From Vampirovibrio chlorellavorus (lineage in GTDB: Bacteria; Cyanobacteriota; Vampirovibrionia; Vampirovibrionales; Vampirovibrionaceae): a stretch of 64,000 nucleotides of DNA. Below are positions 9,620 to 19,623 of this stretch, in pieces. The stretch spans positions 161,473 through 225,472 of the forward strand of contig LAPX01000001.1 of assembly GCA_001858525.1 (NCBI GenBank). The letters are read 5' to 3'. The translations under genes were made by a program, and so were the position numbers. The first letter of the stretch is position 1, and each line of letters opens with the position of its first letter. Below the pieces are notes generated by a model, which was not told where the DNA came from, searched no databases, and saw only the letters and a program-made list of their open reading frames with translations.

Positions 9620-10870
9620 ATGCCTCAAAAGCCCATCTATCATTACCCCGTCCGTCTAGGAGCGGCTTGCGCTATTTCGGTGATGGCCTTGTCCGCAGCC
9701 CCGGCCTTTGCCTATCAACTGGACGCCCCCAATCGAACCCTCAACGTGGCCCCCGGGGCCAGCCCCAATGAGACCACCAACGATCTCAAAGGTGCTTTCA
9801 ACTATCTCGTCAATCGCAGTGACAAAGCCAACCAGTGGACTGTAAAATTCGCTCCCGGCAACTACTATATTGTGAGCCAAATTCCCATTCGAAACCTGGA
9901 AAACACCGTATTACAAGGCGATCCCAATAAACCGGCCAAGCTGATTAAGGACAAAACCTTTAACAGCGCCACCGCCGGAGAGTATTTACTGAATTTTCAA
10001 TTCGGCAAAAAGCTTTCCATGAACGGGCTACAGTTTTACGGACAAACCAGTTTTGCCGCCAGCCTGGCACCGGTGTGGCCGGATCAAGGTGTCTATTTTG
10101 GCTCCTGTAATGGGGTAACCGTGCAAAAAAACAGCTTTTATAACTTTGGCAACGCCGCCCTGCGGGTCACCACCACCGAACGGGATCCGGTGCCCGGGGT
10201 AAACAGCTTTAATACCGTGGTGGCCAATAACCTGTTCAACAACATCTATCAGATTTCCACCACGCCCAACGATGAAATTCATGGCGGCAGCACCAATTAC
10301 GTTTTGCAAAACAACGTGTTCTACAACCTGCGAGGCTCCATTAAATTCGCCTCTCGCACCGCCGGGGCCAAAAACGTGAAGATCCTCAATAATAAGGTCA
10401 ACGGCGGCGATCACTACGCCTTTGAAATTAACAATTACGATGACATGGAAATTCGGGGCAACAGCCTGCAAAACCTCAAGGAATTTGCCATCAACATCTA
10501 CAACAATCCCCGGGCCAGCCAGTCCTTCAATTGGGGCAACAATTTCATCATCGCCGATAACCTGATTAATACGGTGGGCCGGGGGATTCGCTTTAGCACC
10601 GAGCCTTACGCCGATGGCACCCTAGTGACGCCCAGCAACGTCACGTTCACCAACAACAGTCTGGACAAAGTCACTGACACCAGCGGCCTGCCAGCCATCG
10701 CCCAGGTCAACGGCACCATCAAAGGGCTAACCATTACCAGCAATAAATTCAACAACATTACCAACAAAAAATACATTGGCTACAATGCGGCCTCCAGTAA
10801 CGTGACCTACTTTAACAATCAAGCTAACGGACAACCTTACGGACCGCAACAAAGTACGACCAGTAACTAG
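9620..10870 (+). CDS. secreted right-handed parallel beta-helix repeat protein (pectate-lyase-fold; possible adhesin or polysaccharide-active enzyme)
   Basis: Signal peptide AISVMALSAAPAFA; Asn-rich periodic repeats (NNxFxN..., VxNNxF) typical of PbH1 beta-helix. Confidence 0.75.
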   Translation: MPQKPIYHYPVRLGAACAISVMALSAAPAFAYQLDAPNRTLNVAPGASPNETTNDLKGAFNYLVNRSDKANQWTVKFAPGNYYIVSQIPIRNLENTVLQGDPNKPAKLIKDKTFNSATAGEYLLNFQFGKKLSMNGLQFYGQTSFAASLAPVWPDQGVYFGSCNGVTVQKNSFYNFGNAALRVTTTERDPVPGVNSFNTVVANNLFNNIYQISTTPNDEIHGGSTNYVLQNNVFYNLRGSIKFASRTAGAKNVKILNNKVNGGDHYAFEINNYDDMEIRGNSLQNLKEFAINIYNNPRASQSFNWGNNFIIADNLINTVGRGIRFSTEPYADGTLVTPSNVTFTNNSLDKVTDTSGLPAIAQVNGTIKGLTITSNKFNNITNKKYIGYNAASSNVTYFNNQANGQPYGPQQSTTSN

Positions 10871-10893
10871 GCAAAGCGATCTCACAACAACAG

Positions 10894-10932
10894 GCGGGCT
10901 GAGGAAGCCAGGGTTCCCTTAGCCCGCTTTTG
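10894..10932 (+). terminator. rho-independent terminator
   Basis: GCGGGCTGAGG ... CTTAGCCCGC stem followed by TTTT immediately after the beta-helix gene. Confidence 0.55.
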
Positions 10933-11161
10933 CTGGAAGGCTTTATAAGGCGGCCAGCACCTTCCTCACATGAGCTGGCTATGAAAGAATGAAAGATAAA
11001 GTGCCATCCTGCAAGCCCAGGTTGGTACACTATGTTAAGAAATATAAACATCATTTTCAGCCGCCTCCTCAAGTATTGGTTCAGTCTGCCGATACTGATA
11101 AAGGAAAGGGCTAGCCAAAATGGTACACTCGCGAATTCTCTCCAAGAGAAGGACAGCATGT

Positions 11162-11770
11162 ATGTTCTCCACCCTGCGGCCTCAGCATTACCATCCATTC
11201 GGATTTACCCTGGCCGAATTGTTGATTTCTTTAGCCATTTTGGGAGTGATTGCCACCTTCACCATCCCCAAAATTCTTTCAAGTCAGCAGGATTCCAAAT
11301 ACAGCGCCTCCGCCAAAGAAGTGGTCGCCATGTTTTCCGACGCTTACCAACAAGCAAAGTTTTCCAGTAGTAACGTGGCCAGTATCGCACCTGCCAACTT
11401 GTTTCAATACATGAACTATGTAAAAACTGACACCACCTCTTCTATTGATGGTCTTTACACGCAAGGCGTCTACGGTGTTAATTGCTCTCAAAGACCCTGT
11501 ATTCAGCTGCACAATGGTGGCATTGTGTTGGCCAGTCAATGGAATTTCGGGGGAACCGGCACCACCAACTCCATCAACTTTATTTACGACCCCGATGGAA
11601 AAGTAACCGATGGCACCACCACCGGGCCCGGTAAGTCCGTCATTTTTTACCTCTATGCCAACGGGAGAATCGTAACCAGCGCCAATGTTCTGCCCGGGAC
11701 CACCAATCAATCTGGCGGAACGTATTCGGCAAACGCCAACCTGGACCCGCCCTGGTTCAGCTGGAATTAG
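11162..11770 (+). CDS. type IV pilin-like protein (prepilin-type N-terminal cleavage/methylation domain), paralogue 1
   Basis: Leader ...HYHPFG|FTLAELLISLAILGVIATFTIPKIL with Glu+5; RBS GAAGGA before ATG 11162 (ORF opens at 11120); Cys pair mid-protein; C-terminal DPPWFSWN shared with paralogues. Confidence 0.8.
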   Translation: MFSTLRPQHYHPFGFTLAELLISLAILGVIATFTIPKILSSQQDSKYSASAKEVVAMFSDAYQQAKFSSSNVASIAPANLFQYMNYVKTDTTSSIDGLYTQGVYGVNCSQRPCIQLHNGGIVLASQWNFGGTGTTNSINFIYDPDGKVTDGTTTGPGKSVIFYLYANGRIVTSANVLPGTTNQSGGTYSANANLDPPWFSWN

Positions 11771-11888
11771 AATTGATTTTTACAATTCCAAAAATCACCC
11801 TCAAGTTTTGGGATACCCTGTCGATAAGCGTCGTAGGTCAATTTATAAAGCGCCAAGTTAGTGCAGTCCTTTTCAAGAGGTTTAACCC

Positions 11889-12524
11889 ATGTATGAGCAG
11901 ACAGACAGACAGACAGACAGACAGACACGCCAGCTTAAACAACTTAATCTGAGCTGGCAAGGCTTTACACTCGCTGAACTGCTCATTAGTCTAGCCATTC
12001 TGGGCGTCATCGCTACCTTTACCATTCCTAAAATCCTGAGCGCCAGCCAAAACGAGGCAAATGAGGCGAAAGTAAAAGAAGCCGCAGCAACCCTTTCAGC
12101 AGCGTATCAACAAGCCAAACTAGACGGGGTCATCAATAGCAATACCAAGGGCTCGGATCTCACCCCATACCTGAATTATCTGGCCTGGGATAACAATGGA
12201 ACCACGACTATCGATCACGGGCCTTGGTCCACTTTTCAAACTTGTAATATCACTTTTCCCTGCGTCAAACTCGCGAACGGAGCAACGATCCTGTTTGACG
12301 GGGCGCAATTTGGGGGCACGGCTACCACCAACATGATTGCTTTTTATGTAGACCCGGAACCCGGCTACTCAGGCACCACCAATCCCGTGCGTTCCGTTTC
12401 AATGGTACTTTATTATGATGGCTTTATAACATCCCGCGCATACACCCGAGCGAATAGCTTTACCTCCGCCGGGGGACCTTACGGCCCTGGCAGTTTTGAT
12501 CCACCCTGGTTTACCTGGAACTAG
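11889..12524 (+). CDS. type IV pilin-like protein, paralogue 2, with (CAGA)7 repeat in the leader-coding region
   Basis: MYEQTDRQTDRQTRQLKQLNLSWQG|FTLAELLISLAILGVIATFTIPKIL...DPPWFTWN; RBS AGAGG. Confidence 0.8.
   Translation: MYEQTDRQTDRQTRQLKQLNLSWQGFTLAELLISLAILGVIATFTIPKILSASQNEANEAKVKEAAATLSAAYQQAKLDGVINSNTKGSDLTPYLNYLAWDNNGTTTIDHGPWSTFQTCNITFPCVKLANGATILFDGAQFGGTATTNMIAFYVDPEPGYSGTTNPVRSVSMVLYYDGFITSRAYTRANSFTSAGGPYGPGSFDPPWFTWN
11898..11927 (+). repeat. tetranucleotide repeat (CAGA)7CA inside the 5' coding region of pilin paralogue 2
   Basis: Read directly: cagacagacagacagacagacagacaca, encoding QTDRQTDRQT. Confidence 0.95.
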
Positions 12525-12629
12525 GGCAAAAATACACTTTTTACTATGATTTGAGGCGTTTATTAAAGTTTTTGGATGATGGGTCGATACCAAGAATGTC
12601 TGGAACCTAGCAATCGAGGTCAGTTGGTT

Positions 12630-13297
12630 ATGTTTCTAGCCCCCCCCCCCCCCCCCCCCCCCCCCGAAAACGCCTAAAGTCAGTCCTGGGCTTTACACTC
12701 GCTGAATTGCTGATTTCTCTGGCCATATTAGGGGTGATTGCTACCTTTACCATCCCTAAAATTTTATCCACCCAGCAAAACGCTCAGAACGTTGCCAAGG
12801 CAAAAGAAGCAGCAGCAATGATTTCAGAGGCTTTTCAGAAAGCAAAACTGAATGGTGTTATTACTTCAGCTACCAAACCCTCTGATTTAGCTGCTTACAT
12901 GAATTACGTCAGTCTGGACACTTCTGGCACACTCATGGATCACGTACCAGGCGTTGGTTCCAGGCCTTGTAATAATACATATCCCTGTATAAAACTTCAT
13001 AATGGCGGTATACTAAGTTTTGATGATGGGGCTACCTTTGGCGGCACTTCCAGTTTACATGCAATGTTTATTCTTTTTGATCCAGACGGGATTTACAGTG
13101 GTTCCACCGCGGACGGGCCTTCTAAATCTGTGCAATTTGCTATTTATTACGATGGCTTCTTAACGACCAGGGGGATAGTCAAAACCGGTACTGTTTATAG
13201 CTTGGGATCTCTTTCACCTGCTCCTAGCGAAGATCCATCTTGGTTTAGCTGGCAAGAATCTGGCGTCAGTACCATTGAGCCCGTAAGGCAAGAATAG
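12630..13297 (+). CDS. type IV pilin-like protein, paralogue 3. Its 5' end contains a 26-nt poly-C tract; ATG 12630 is out of frame with the pilin body in this assembly (phase OFF, or a homopolymer length error)
   Basis: ATG at 12630 (MFLAPPPPPPPP...) reaches a stop; the pilin frame (…PPP RKRLKSVLG|FTLAELLISLAIL… DPSWFSWQ) has no in-frame ATG after the stop at 12608. C25 or C28 would restore frame. Confidence 0.6.
12640..12665 (+). repeat. homopolymeric poly-C tract (about 26 nt) in the leader-coding region of pilin paralogue 3
   Basis: Read directly from the sequence. Confidence 0.95.
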
Positions 13298-13334
13298 TAC
13301 AATGGCGGCGCAGTGTTAGAGGAGCCAGCCGCGC

Positions 13335-14183
13335 ATGAGCATGACCGAAACCATTCCCGCCGTTTTGCCACTGGAAGACGGGTTTACGGATGTGCTGGGC
13401 AAAGCCCGCAAAGGCCTCAAGCTCTCCACAGAAACGCTGGCGGAACGCACCGGTTTATCCGCTCCTCAGGTGGAAGCCGCTTTTCAAGGCCAGTTGGACG
13501 AATCGACCCTACTCAAACTGGCCTTCACCCTGAATTTGCATGGGCCTTCTTTAATCGCTCTGGCCAAAAACGAATGGCAGCCCAAGCGCTTTCCAGATCT
13601 GGATGGATTGCAGCAGTTCACCACCTGGTACGGGGACATGACCGTCAACGCATACTTGCTGTGGGATACCGCCACCAAAGAAGCAGCCACCTTCGATACC
13701 GGGGCCAACTGTCAGAATATACTGGATTTCATCGAGTGTAACGGACTCTCCCTGAAAAAAATATTCATCACCCACACCCACATGGATCATCTGGCCGATC
13801 TAGAGCGTTTGGCCGGCAAGCATCCCACCGCCGTCTGTTACGGGTCCGCCGTGGATAACCCCTTGGGCCTCAAGCCGCTGATTGAGGGAGATGGGTTGAT
13901 TGTGGGCAATCTGAGCATTCGGGTACTGGGCACTTCTGGGCACACCCCGGGGGGCCTGAGCTACCGGGTTGAGGGACTGAGCCAGCCCGTGGTGGTGGTG
14001 GGCGACGCCCTGTTTGCCAGCTCTATGGGAGGGGCCCCCTACGCCTATCAGGAGGCCCGCAGTAATAACCTGAACAAACTTCTGACCTTGCCGGAGCAGA
14101 CCATTATCTGTCCCGGCCATGGCCCCATGACCACGGTGGGCGAAGAAAAAGCCCACAACCCGTTTTTCCCGGAAACCAAATAG
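13335..14183 (+). CDS. MBL-fold metallo-hydrolase with N-terminal HTH domain
   Basis: THTHMDH (HxHxDH) metallo-beta-lactamase motif plus downstream His/Asp ligands; N-terminal LSTETLAERTGLSAPQV helix-turn-helix. Confidence 0.8.
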   Translation: MSMTETIPAVLPLEDGFTDVLGKARKGLKLSTETLAERTGLSAPQVEAAFQGQLDESTLLKLAFTLNLHGPSLIALAKNEWQPKRFPDLDGLQQFTTWYGDMTVNAYLLWDTATKEAATFDTGANCQNILDFIECNGLSLKKIFITHTHMDHLADLERLAGKHPTAVCYGSAVDNPLGLKPLIEGDGLIVGNLSIRVLGTSGHTPGGLSYRVEGLSQPVVVVGDALFASSMGGAPYAYQEARSNNLNKLLTLPEQTIICPGHGPMTTVGEEKAHNPFFPETK

Positions 14184-14230
14184 ACCGGGCAATCAATTTT
14201 TACTATTTTGCAGCAGGGGAGATCACGCTG

Positions 14231-15139
14231 ATGACGCTTCAAAAGATTGGAATCGTTGGGGTGGGCCGCATGGGCTCCAACATGGCCCGACGCCTCAAAG
14301 AGCAAGGCTTTACCATTGCCGCCGTCTACGATGTGCAAACGGCCCTGACCGAGGAAATCGCCCAGGAGCTTTCTGCCACGGCCTGCCAAAGCCTCTCTGA
14401 GGTGACCCGCCTGTCGGACGCCATTATTACCGTGGTGAGCGATGATGCCGCCATGCGCTTTATCTTCCACAATCCCGATGATCATTTGTTGATGAATGCC
14501 ACAGGCAAGTTGTTCATCAACTGCGCTACCATTAGCCCGGAAGTGCATATTGCCTTGCATGCTCAGGCCTCAAAAGTTGGCGCTAAAACTCTGGAATGCC
14601 CCATGGCCTCCAGCATCAGCCAGGCCCGCACCGGCACCTTGTACCTGATGTGCGCAGGCGATGAAACGGTTTACCTGGAAGCCCAACCCCTGCTCAAGGC
14701 CCTGAGCGTCTCCAGTATTTACACGGGTGAACCCGGCACAGCGGCCCAGCTAAAGGCCCTGGTCAACATGGTCATGAACATCAACACCGCAGGCTTGGCG
14801 GAAGGCTTGGGGCTGGCGGATTCTCTGGGACTGGATCTCAATCTGGTGCGCCAAGTCTTTTCGCAAACCGGAGCCAATTCAAGGGTGCTGGAAACCGACG
14901 GCGAAGACATGCAAAATCGGGAGCACGACACTTATTTTTCAGCGGCCCACGCGGCCAAGGACAGCAGCATTGCCCTGTCCCTGGGACAGGCCTATGGCTT
15001 GCATTTGCCCATGGCGGAGGCCGCCAAACAACAGTACGAGCGCATGATTGCGCTGGGCCTGGGAGACTTGGACAAGTCCGGCGTCTCCGAATTAACCTTT
15101 CGGGACCGCTTGCAGGAAAGAACCCAGACCCCGGTTTAG
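14231..15139 (+). CDS. NAD(P)-dependent oxidoreductase, 3-hydroxyisobutyrate dehydrogenase/6PGDH-NAD-binding family
   Basis: N-terminal Rossmann motif IGIVGVGRMGSNMARRL; family-typical length and C-terminal domain. Confidence 0.85.
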   Translation: MTLQKIGIVGVGRMGSNMARRLKEQGFTIAAVYDVQTALTEEIAQELSATACQSLSEVTRLSDAIITVVSDDAAMRFIFHNPDDHLLMNATGKLFINCATISPEVHIALHAQASKVGAKTLECPMASSISQARTGTLYLMCAGDETVYLEAQPLLKALSVSSIYTGEPGTAAQLKALVNMVMNINTAGLAEGLGLADSLGLDLNLVRQVFSQTGANSRVLETDGEDMQNREHDTYFSAAHAAKDSSIALSLGQAYGLHLPMAEAAKQQYERMIALGLGDLDKSGVSELTFRDRLQERTQTPV

Positions 15140-15240
15140 CCAATTAACTTAACTCTAAGCTCATGCAGGGCAAAAAAAGAAATGGACCGGATTTATTATG
15201 TATACTTCCGATTTATTTTGTTCTGGTGACGAGGTTTCTA

Positions 15241-15672
15241 ATGGGCTCCCTGCCAATTCGCCCCCTGCCCAACAACTTACCAACCCCGGTAGCGCCACCC
15301 CCTGCGGTGGCCTATGCCTCCACGCCCGGATCACCCTTGCCAACGGCATCCAGCAGCCTGCCAAGAGCAACAGCAAGACCCATGCCCCGATCCTACACCC
15401 CGGAAATCTCCCCCGCTTTATCCGACTTTATTGATTTCCAAACCATGATGGCCTCCTCTCGCTACCTGCACCTCAAAGAAAAAAAACGAGTGTCTGTAGC
15501 TAAAACATCTTTTTTCTCGGCCATGCTTACAGCTGGACTGACGGCCATTCCGGTGACCGTGTCCGCCATTAACGGGCAAAGTGAAAAAGTGTTCCTCATT
15601 CCCATTCTGGGAACGCTGGCCGCCTTTCACGGAGCCGTGCTAGGCTTGCTGCTGAATCATAATCAGGATTAA
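15241..15672 (+). CDS. hypothetical Pro-rich protein with C-terminal TM helices
   Basis: RBS GAGGT before ATG 15241 (ORF opens at 15163); no recognisable domain. Confidence 0.35.
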   Translation: MGSLPIRPLPNNLPTPVAPPPAVAYASTPGSPLPTASSSLPRATARPMPRSYTPEISPALSDFIDFQTMMASSRYLHLKEKKRVSVAKTSFFSAMLTAGLTAIPVTVSAINGQSEKVFLIPILGTLAAFHGAVLGLLLNHNQD

Positions 15673-15717
15673 GCCCCAGCGGGGAAATGCTTTCAAGACA
15701 TCCTGTAATTCCCGCGC

Positions 15718-17898
15718 CTAAGAGACTGTCCGCATGGACAAGGCAATGCGCTTGCGAGGAATGTCCACTTCCACCACGCTGACCTTGACCACATCGCCCG
15801 CTTTCACCACGCTGTGCGGGTCTTTCACATAGCGATCGGCCAGCATGGAAATGTGCACCAAGCCGTCCTGATGCACCCCCACATCCACGAAAGCGCCAAA
15901 GTTGGTCACGTTGGTCACCACGCCTTCCAGCTGCATACCCGGCTTTAAATCGCTCATGGTTTCCACCCCGTCGGCAAAGGTGGCCGTTTGAAAAGCTGGG
16001 CGTGGGTCGCGTCCCGGTTTGTCTAGCTCCGCCAGAATATCCCGCACCGTGGGCAAACCAAACTGATCGTCGGTAAACTCCGTGGGCTTTAAAGTAGATA
16101 AAAAGGCCTTATCCCCAATCACAGCCCGAAGTTCTCGCCCGGATTGCTTCAGGATTTTCTGCACCACTGGATAGGCTTCCGGGTGCACCGCTGAGGCGTC
16201 CAGGGGATTGTCCCCATTGGTGATGCGCAAAAAGCCAGCGGCCTGCTCAAAGGCCTTGGGCCCCAATCGGGGCACTTTTTTTAGGGCCGTCCGGTTGGAA
16301 AAGGCGCCCTGCTGATTGCGATACTCCACAATGGACTGGGCCAAACTGGGAGACAACCCGGCCACATAACGCAGCAAGGCAGGCGATGCCGTATTCACAT
16401 CCACGCCCACGGCGTTCACGCAATCCTGCACCACGGCATCCAGTCCCCGTTCCAACTGGGTTTGATTCACATCGTGCTGGTACTGGCCCACCCCAATGGC
16501 CTTGGGCTCAATTTTCACCAGCTCGGCCAGGGGATCTTGCAAACGACGGGCAATGGACACCGCCCCCCGCAGGGACACGTCCATGTCCGGCAGTTCCTGA
16601 GAGGCCAAAGCGGAGGCTGAATAGACAGAGGCCCCCGCTTCCGAGACCAGGGCCTTGGTAATTTTCAGATCGGGGTGCCGCTTCATTAAGGTGGTCACCA
16701 GCCGATCGGTCTCCCGGGAGCCGGTACCGTTGCCAATGCTAACCAAGGTCACCGCATGCTTTCGAATCAGGGCTACCAACGCATCTATGCTGGCCTGCTC
16801 CTGATTTTGGGGCGGGTGCGGATAAATAACGGACGTTGCCAGCACCTTGCCGGTGGCATCTACCACGGCCACTTTCACCCCGGTACGCAGGCCCGGGTCC
16901 AGCCCCAAGGCCACCTGATGTCCCGCCGGGGCGGCCAGCAACAGATCCCGCAAGTTTCGGGTAAACACCTGAATGGCTTCCGCCTCAGCCCGTTCCCGCA
17001 GCTGGGCCATTAAATCGCTTTCCAAATGGGGCAGTAATTTATCCCCCCAGGCCGCTTGAAAGCAGGCCGCCAGCCAATTGTCAGCAGGCCGGTTTTGAGA
17101 CCGCCAGTTAAAGTGCCGGGTAATGCGCCCCACTAGTTGCTCAGTGGCCCGTTCCACATCCGCTTTTTGGGCAGCGGGCTTTAAAGACACCCGTAAAAAA
17201 CCTTCCTGCTTCCCCCGGAACAAGGCCAAAGCCCGATGCGAGGGAATGGCCCGAATGGGTTCCACGTAATCGAAATAATCGGTAAATTTAGCCGCCTCCG
17301 CCTGCTTGGCTTTCACCACCGTGGAAATCACCACCCCGCTATTCCACAAAAATTCCCGTAAGGCCCCAATTAAAGGCGGGGATTCCGAAAACTGCTCCAC
17401 CAGAATATGAGCCGCCCCTTCCAGGGCCGTTTTCACATCGGGTATGCCCGCTTCCGGGTTCACGAAGGCAGTGGCCGCCGTTTCCGGGGCCTGATTCGGA
17501 TTCTGAAACAACCGCTCCGCCAAGGGGGCCAAGCCCGCCTCTCTGGCCATTTGGGCTTTAGTTCGACGCTTGGGCTTGAAGGGCAGATACAAATCTTCCA
17601 GCTGGGCCTTGGTTTGAGCCGTCTCAAAGGCCTGCTTCAATTCATCGGTCAGCTTGCCCTGTTCCGTCACGCTCTCTAAAATGGCCTCCCGGCGCTTGGA
17701 TAAATCCCGTAAATACTGCAAGCGCTCATCCAAGGTGCGCAGTTGCGTGTCATCCAATCCGCCGGTGGCTTCCTTGCGGTAGCGGGCGATAAAGGGGATG
17801 GTGGCCCCCTCTTGGAGCAAGGCTAAAACGGCACTGACCTGGCGCTCCTGCACCTGTAATTCCTGGGCAATTTGGCGACTAATCAGGACGTCATTCAT
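15718..17898 (-). CDS. tex: transcription accessory protein Tex (S1 RNA-binding, YqgF and HhH domains)
   Basis: N-terminus [43 protein letters not shown] and C-terminal S1 domain are diagnostic of Tex. Confidence 0.9.
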   Translation of the reverse strand: MNDVLISRQIAQELQVQERQVSAVLALLQEGATIPFIARYRKEATGGLDDTQLRTLDERLQYLRDLSKRREAILESVTEQGKLTDELKQAFETAQTKAQLEDLYLPFKPKRRTKAQMAREAGLAPLAERLFQNPNQAPETAATAFVNPEAGIPDVKTALEGAAHILVEQFSESPPLIGALREFLWNSGVVISTVVKAKQAEAAKFTDYFDYVEPIRAIPSHRALALFRGKQEGFLRVSLKPAAQKADVERATEQLVGRITRHFNWRSQNRPADNWLAACFQAAWGDKLLPHLESDLMAQLRERAEAEAIQVFTRNLRDLLLAAPAGHQVALGLDPGLRTGVKVAVVDATGKVLATSVIYPHPPQNQEQASIDALVALIRKHAVTLVSIGNGTGSRETDRLVTTLMKRHPDLKITKALVSEAGASVYSASALASQELPDMDVSLRGAVSIARRLQDPLAELVKIEPKAIGVGQYQHDVNQTQLERGLDAVVQDCVNAVGVDVNTASPALLRYVAGLSPSLAQSIVEYRNQQGAFSNRTALKKVPRLGPKAFEQAAGFLRITNGDNPLDASAVHPEAYPVVQKILKQSGRELRAVIGDKAFLSTLKPTEFTDDQFGLPTVRDILAELDKPGRDPRPAFQTATFADGVETMSDLKPGMQLEGVVTNVTNFGAFVDVGVHQDGLVHISMLADRYVKDPHSVVKAGDVVKVSVVEVDIPRKRIALSMRTVS

Positions 17899-18065
17899 GG
17901 AAAAAAGGCCTTCAACACACACACAACGGGAAGCGGTAAAAGACGGGCTTTGACATATTCTGCGACTTTACTGCCGCTTTATTATACACAAAGCGCTGGT
18001 CAAATAAGGTCGCCTCGCCCCATTCAAGACTATACGCACTCTACTGGAAGTGCTTCAATGAGGGC

Positions 18066-18959
18066 ATGAGCAAAACCACAACCATTTACGGGGTGGATTT
18101 CACCAGCGCCCCCAGCCGGAAAAAACCCATTGTAGTGGCCCAATGCGCCTTGCACCACCAAACCCTGACCTTGCGACAACTCTTGAAGATCACCGATTTC
18201 GAGGAATTTGAACAGTTTTTAAGAACCGAAGGCCCCTGGATAGCGGCCATGGATTTCCCGCTGTCCTTGCCCCACAGTTGGTTGCAAGCCATACAGTGGC
18301 CCACGGACTGGGCGGCATCTGTCAGCCACATCCGACAACTCACCCTAAAAGCCTTTTGCCAAACCATCAACGACTACTGCCACCAGCAACCAACCGGGCA
18401 AAAGCATCACTTTCGGCCCATCGATAGACTGGCCGGAGCCTGTAGCCCCATGACCATTTACTACACTCCGGTGGGCAAAATGTTTTATCAGGGGGCCTTT
18501 CGCTTGCTGGAAGCCGGGGTGACCGTGCTGCCTTTTCAACTGAATCAGCTCAGCCAAGTCAATCCGCCCCGCATAGTGGTGGAAGGTTACCCGGCCCTAA
18601 TCGCCCGCCAGCTGTGCCCCAAGCAGGGCTACAAGTATGACAGCCCGCCGGCCAGTGCCGCCCAAAAATCGGCCAAGGACTTTGCCCGTCAGGAGATGAT
18701 CCAGAAACTGTCTGCCCAATGGCTGGAAGAAGACTTTGGTATAACAATCGATCTGAATGGGCACGCTGACACACTGAGGCAAGATGCCACCGGGGATTCT
18801 CTGGACGCTGTGTTTTGCGCCATTCAGGCCGCTTGGGCTTATAGCCAGCGAGAGGCAAACTTTGGCATCCCGCAAACCGAAGAGACCCAAGAGGGGTGGA
18901 TTACTGTGCCGCTTCACTTTCTGAAGCAAAATCAACCAAACCCATTGCGCAAAAATTAG
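18066..18959 (+). CDS. hypothetical protein, DUF429-like (predicted RNase H-fold)
   Basis: N-terminal IYGVDFTSAP...KPIVVA resembles DUF429 openings; no other motif; divergent from tex. Confidence 0.45.
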   Translation: MSKTTTIYGVDFTSAPSRKKPIVVAQCALHHQTLTLRQLLKITDFEEFEQFLRTEGPWIAAMDFPLSLPHSWLQAIQWPTDWAASVSHIRQLTLKAFCQTINDYCHQQPTGQKHHFRPIDRLAGACSPMTIYYTPVGKMFYQGAFRLLEAGVTVLPFQLNQLSQVNPPRIVVEGYPALIARQLCPKQGYKYDSPPASAAQKSAKDFARQEMIQKLSAQWLEEDFGITIDLNGHADTLRQDATGDSLDAVFCAIQAAWAYSQREANFGIPQTEETQEGWITVPLHFLKQNQPNPLRKN

Positions 18960-19275
18960 GCAATTTAAGCCAATTTGTTGTTTTTATTAAATCAGCATAT
19001 AAAGCACAGGCCGAGGCGAACCGTATGAGTGCGTGCTTAAAGTAAGTACGGTTCTTATTATGCCCGGCCTGTCTTTTTTATAAGGCCAGCATAAGGTCAG
19101 GCTGCCTTCATCATCTGTTTGTAACTGTATGAGTACAGCGAGTTAAGAAATTCAGGCTGGGCAATTTTGCCAGAAGCAATTCCACGCCTTGTTTAAGCTG
19201 CACGCAGTTTTACAAACCGGTGATGAAGGAAGCCTGACCTTAAATATATTCGAGGCCTTAAAGCCGGGCGTGGCC

Positions 19276-19614
19276 TTAGCGATCCTGAGGGAAGGCGGCC
19301 AGCAATTTTTGAACCACATGCGGAGTGGCCCCTTGCCCCAATGACACCAGCTTTTGGTTCAGAAAAACCACATCCAGCCGGGTGTTGCACTGGGCCAACC
19401 CTTCATTGATTTGAGAAAACTGCTGATCCAGTCCACTGGGGCTGAGTCCGCCCAAGGCCATGGCCTGCCGCAGCAAAGTGACCCCGGCCACCACATTGGG
19501 AATTTTCAATTCCAGAATGTTTAAAGTGGGCGAAGGGCTTGATTGCAAACGCAACCGCTGGCCATCGTTTAGCTCAATGTCCAGGTCAGCCTGAACCAGC
19601 AGATTCTCAAACAT
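19276..19614 (-). CDS. hypothetical protein (112 aa), downstream member of a two-gene pair
   Basis: ORF with good codon usage, 10 nt downstream of the 19624..19833 ORF; no recognised motif. Confidence 0.45.
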   Translation of the reverse strand: MFENLLVQADLDIELNDGQRLRLQSSPSPTLNILELKIPNVVAGVTLLRQAMALGGLSPSGLDQQFSQINEGLAQCNTRLDVVFLNQKLVSLGQGATPHVVQKLLAAFPQDR

Positions 19615-19623
19615 GGGTCATCC

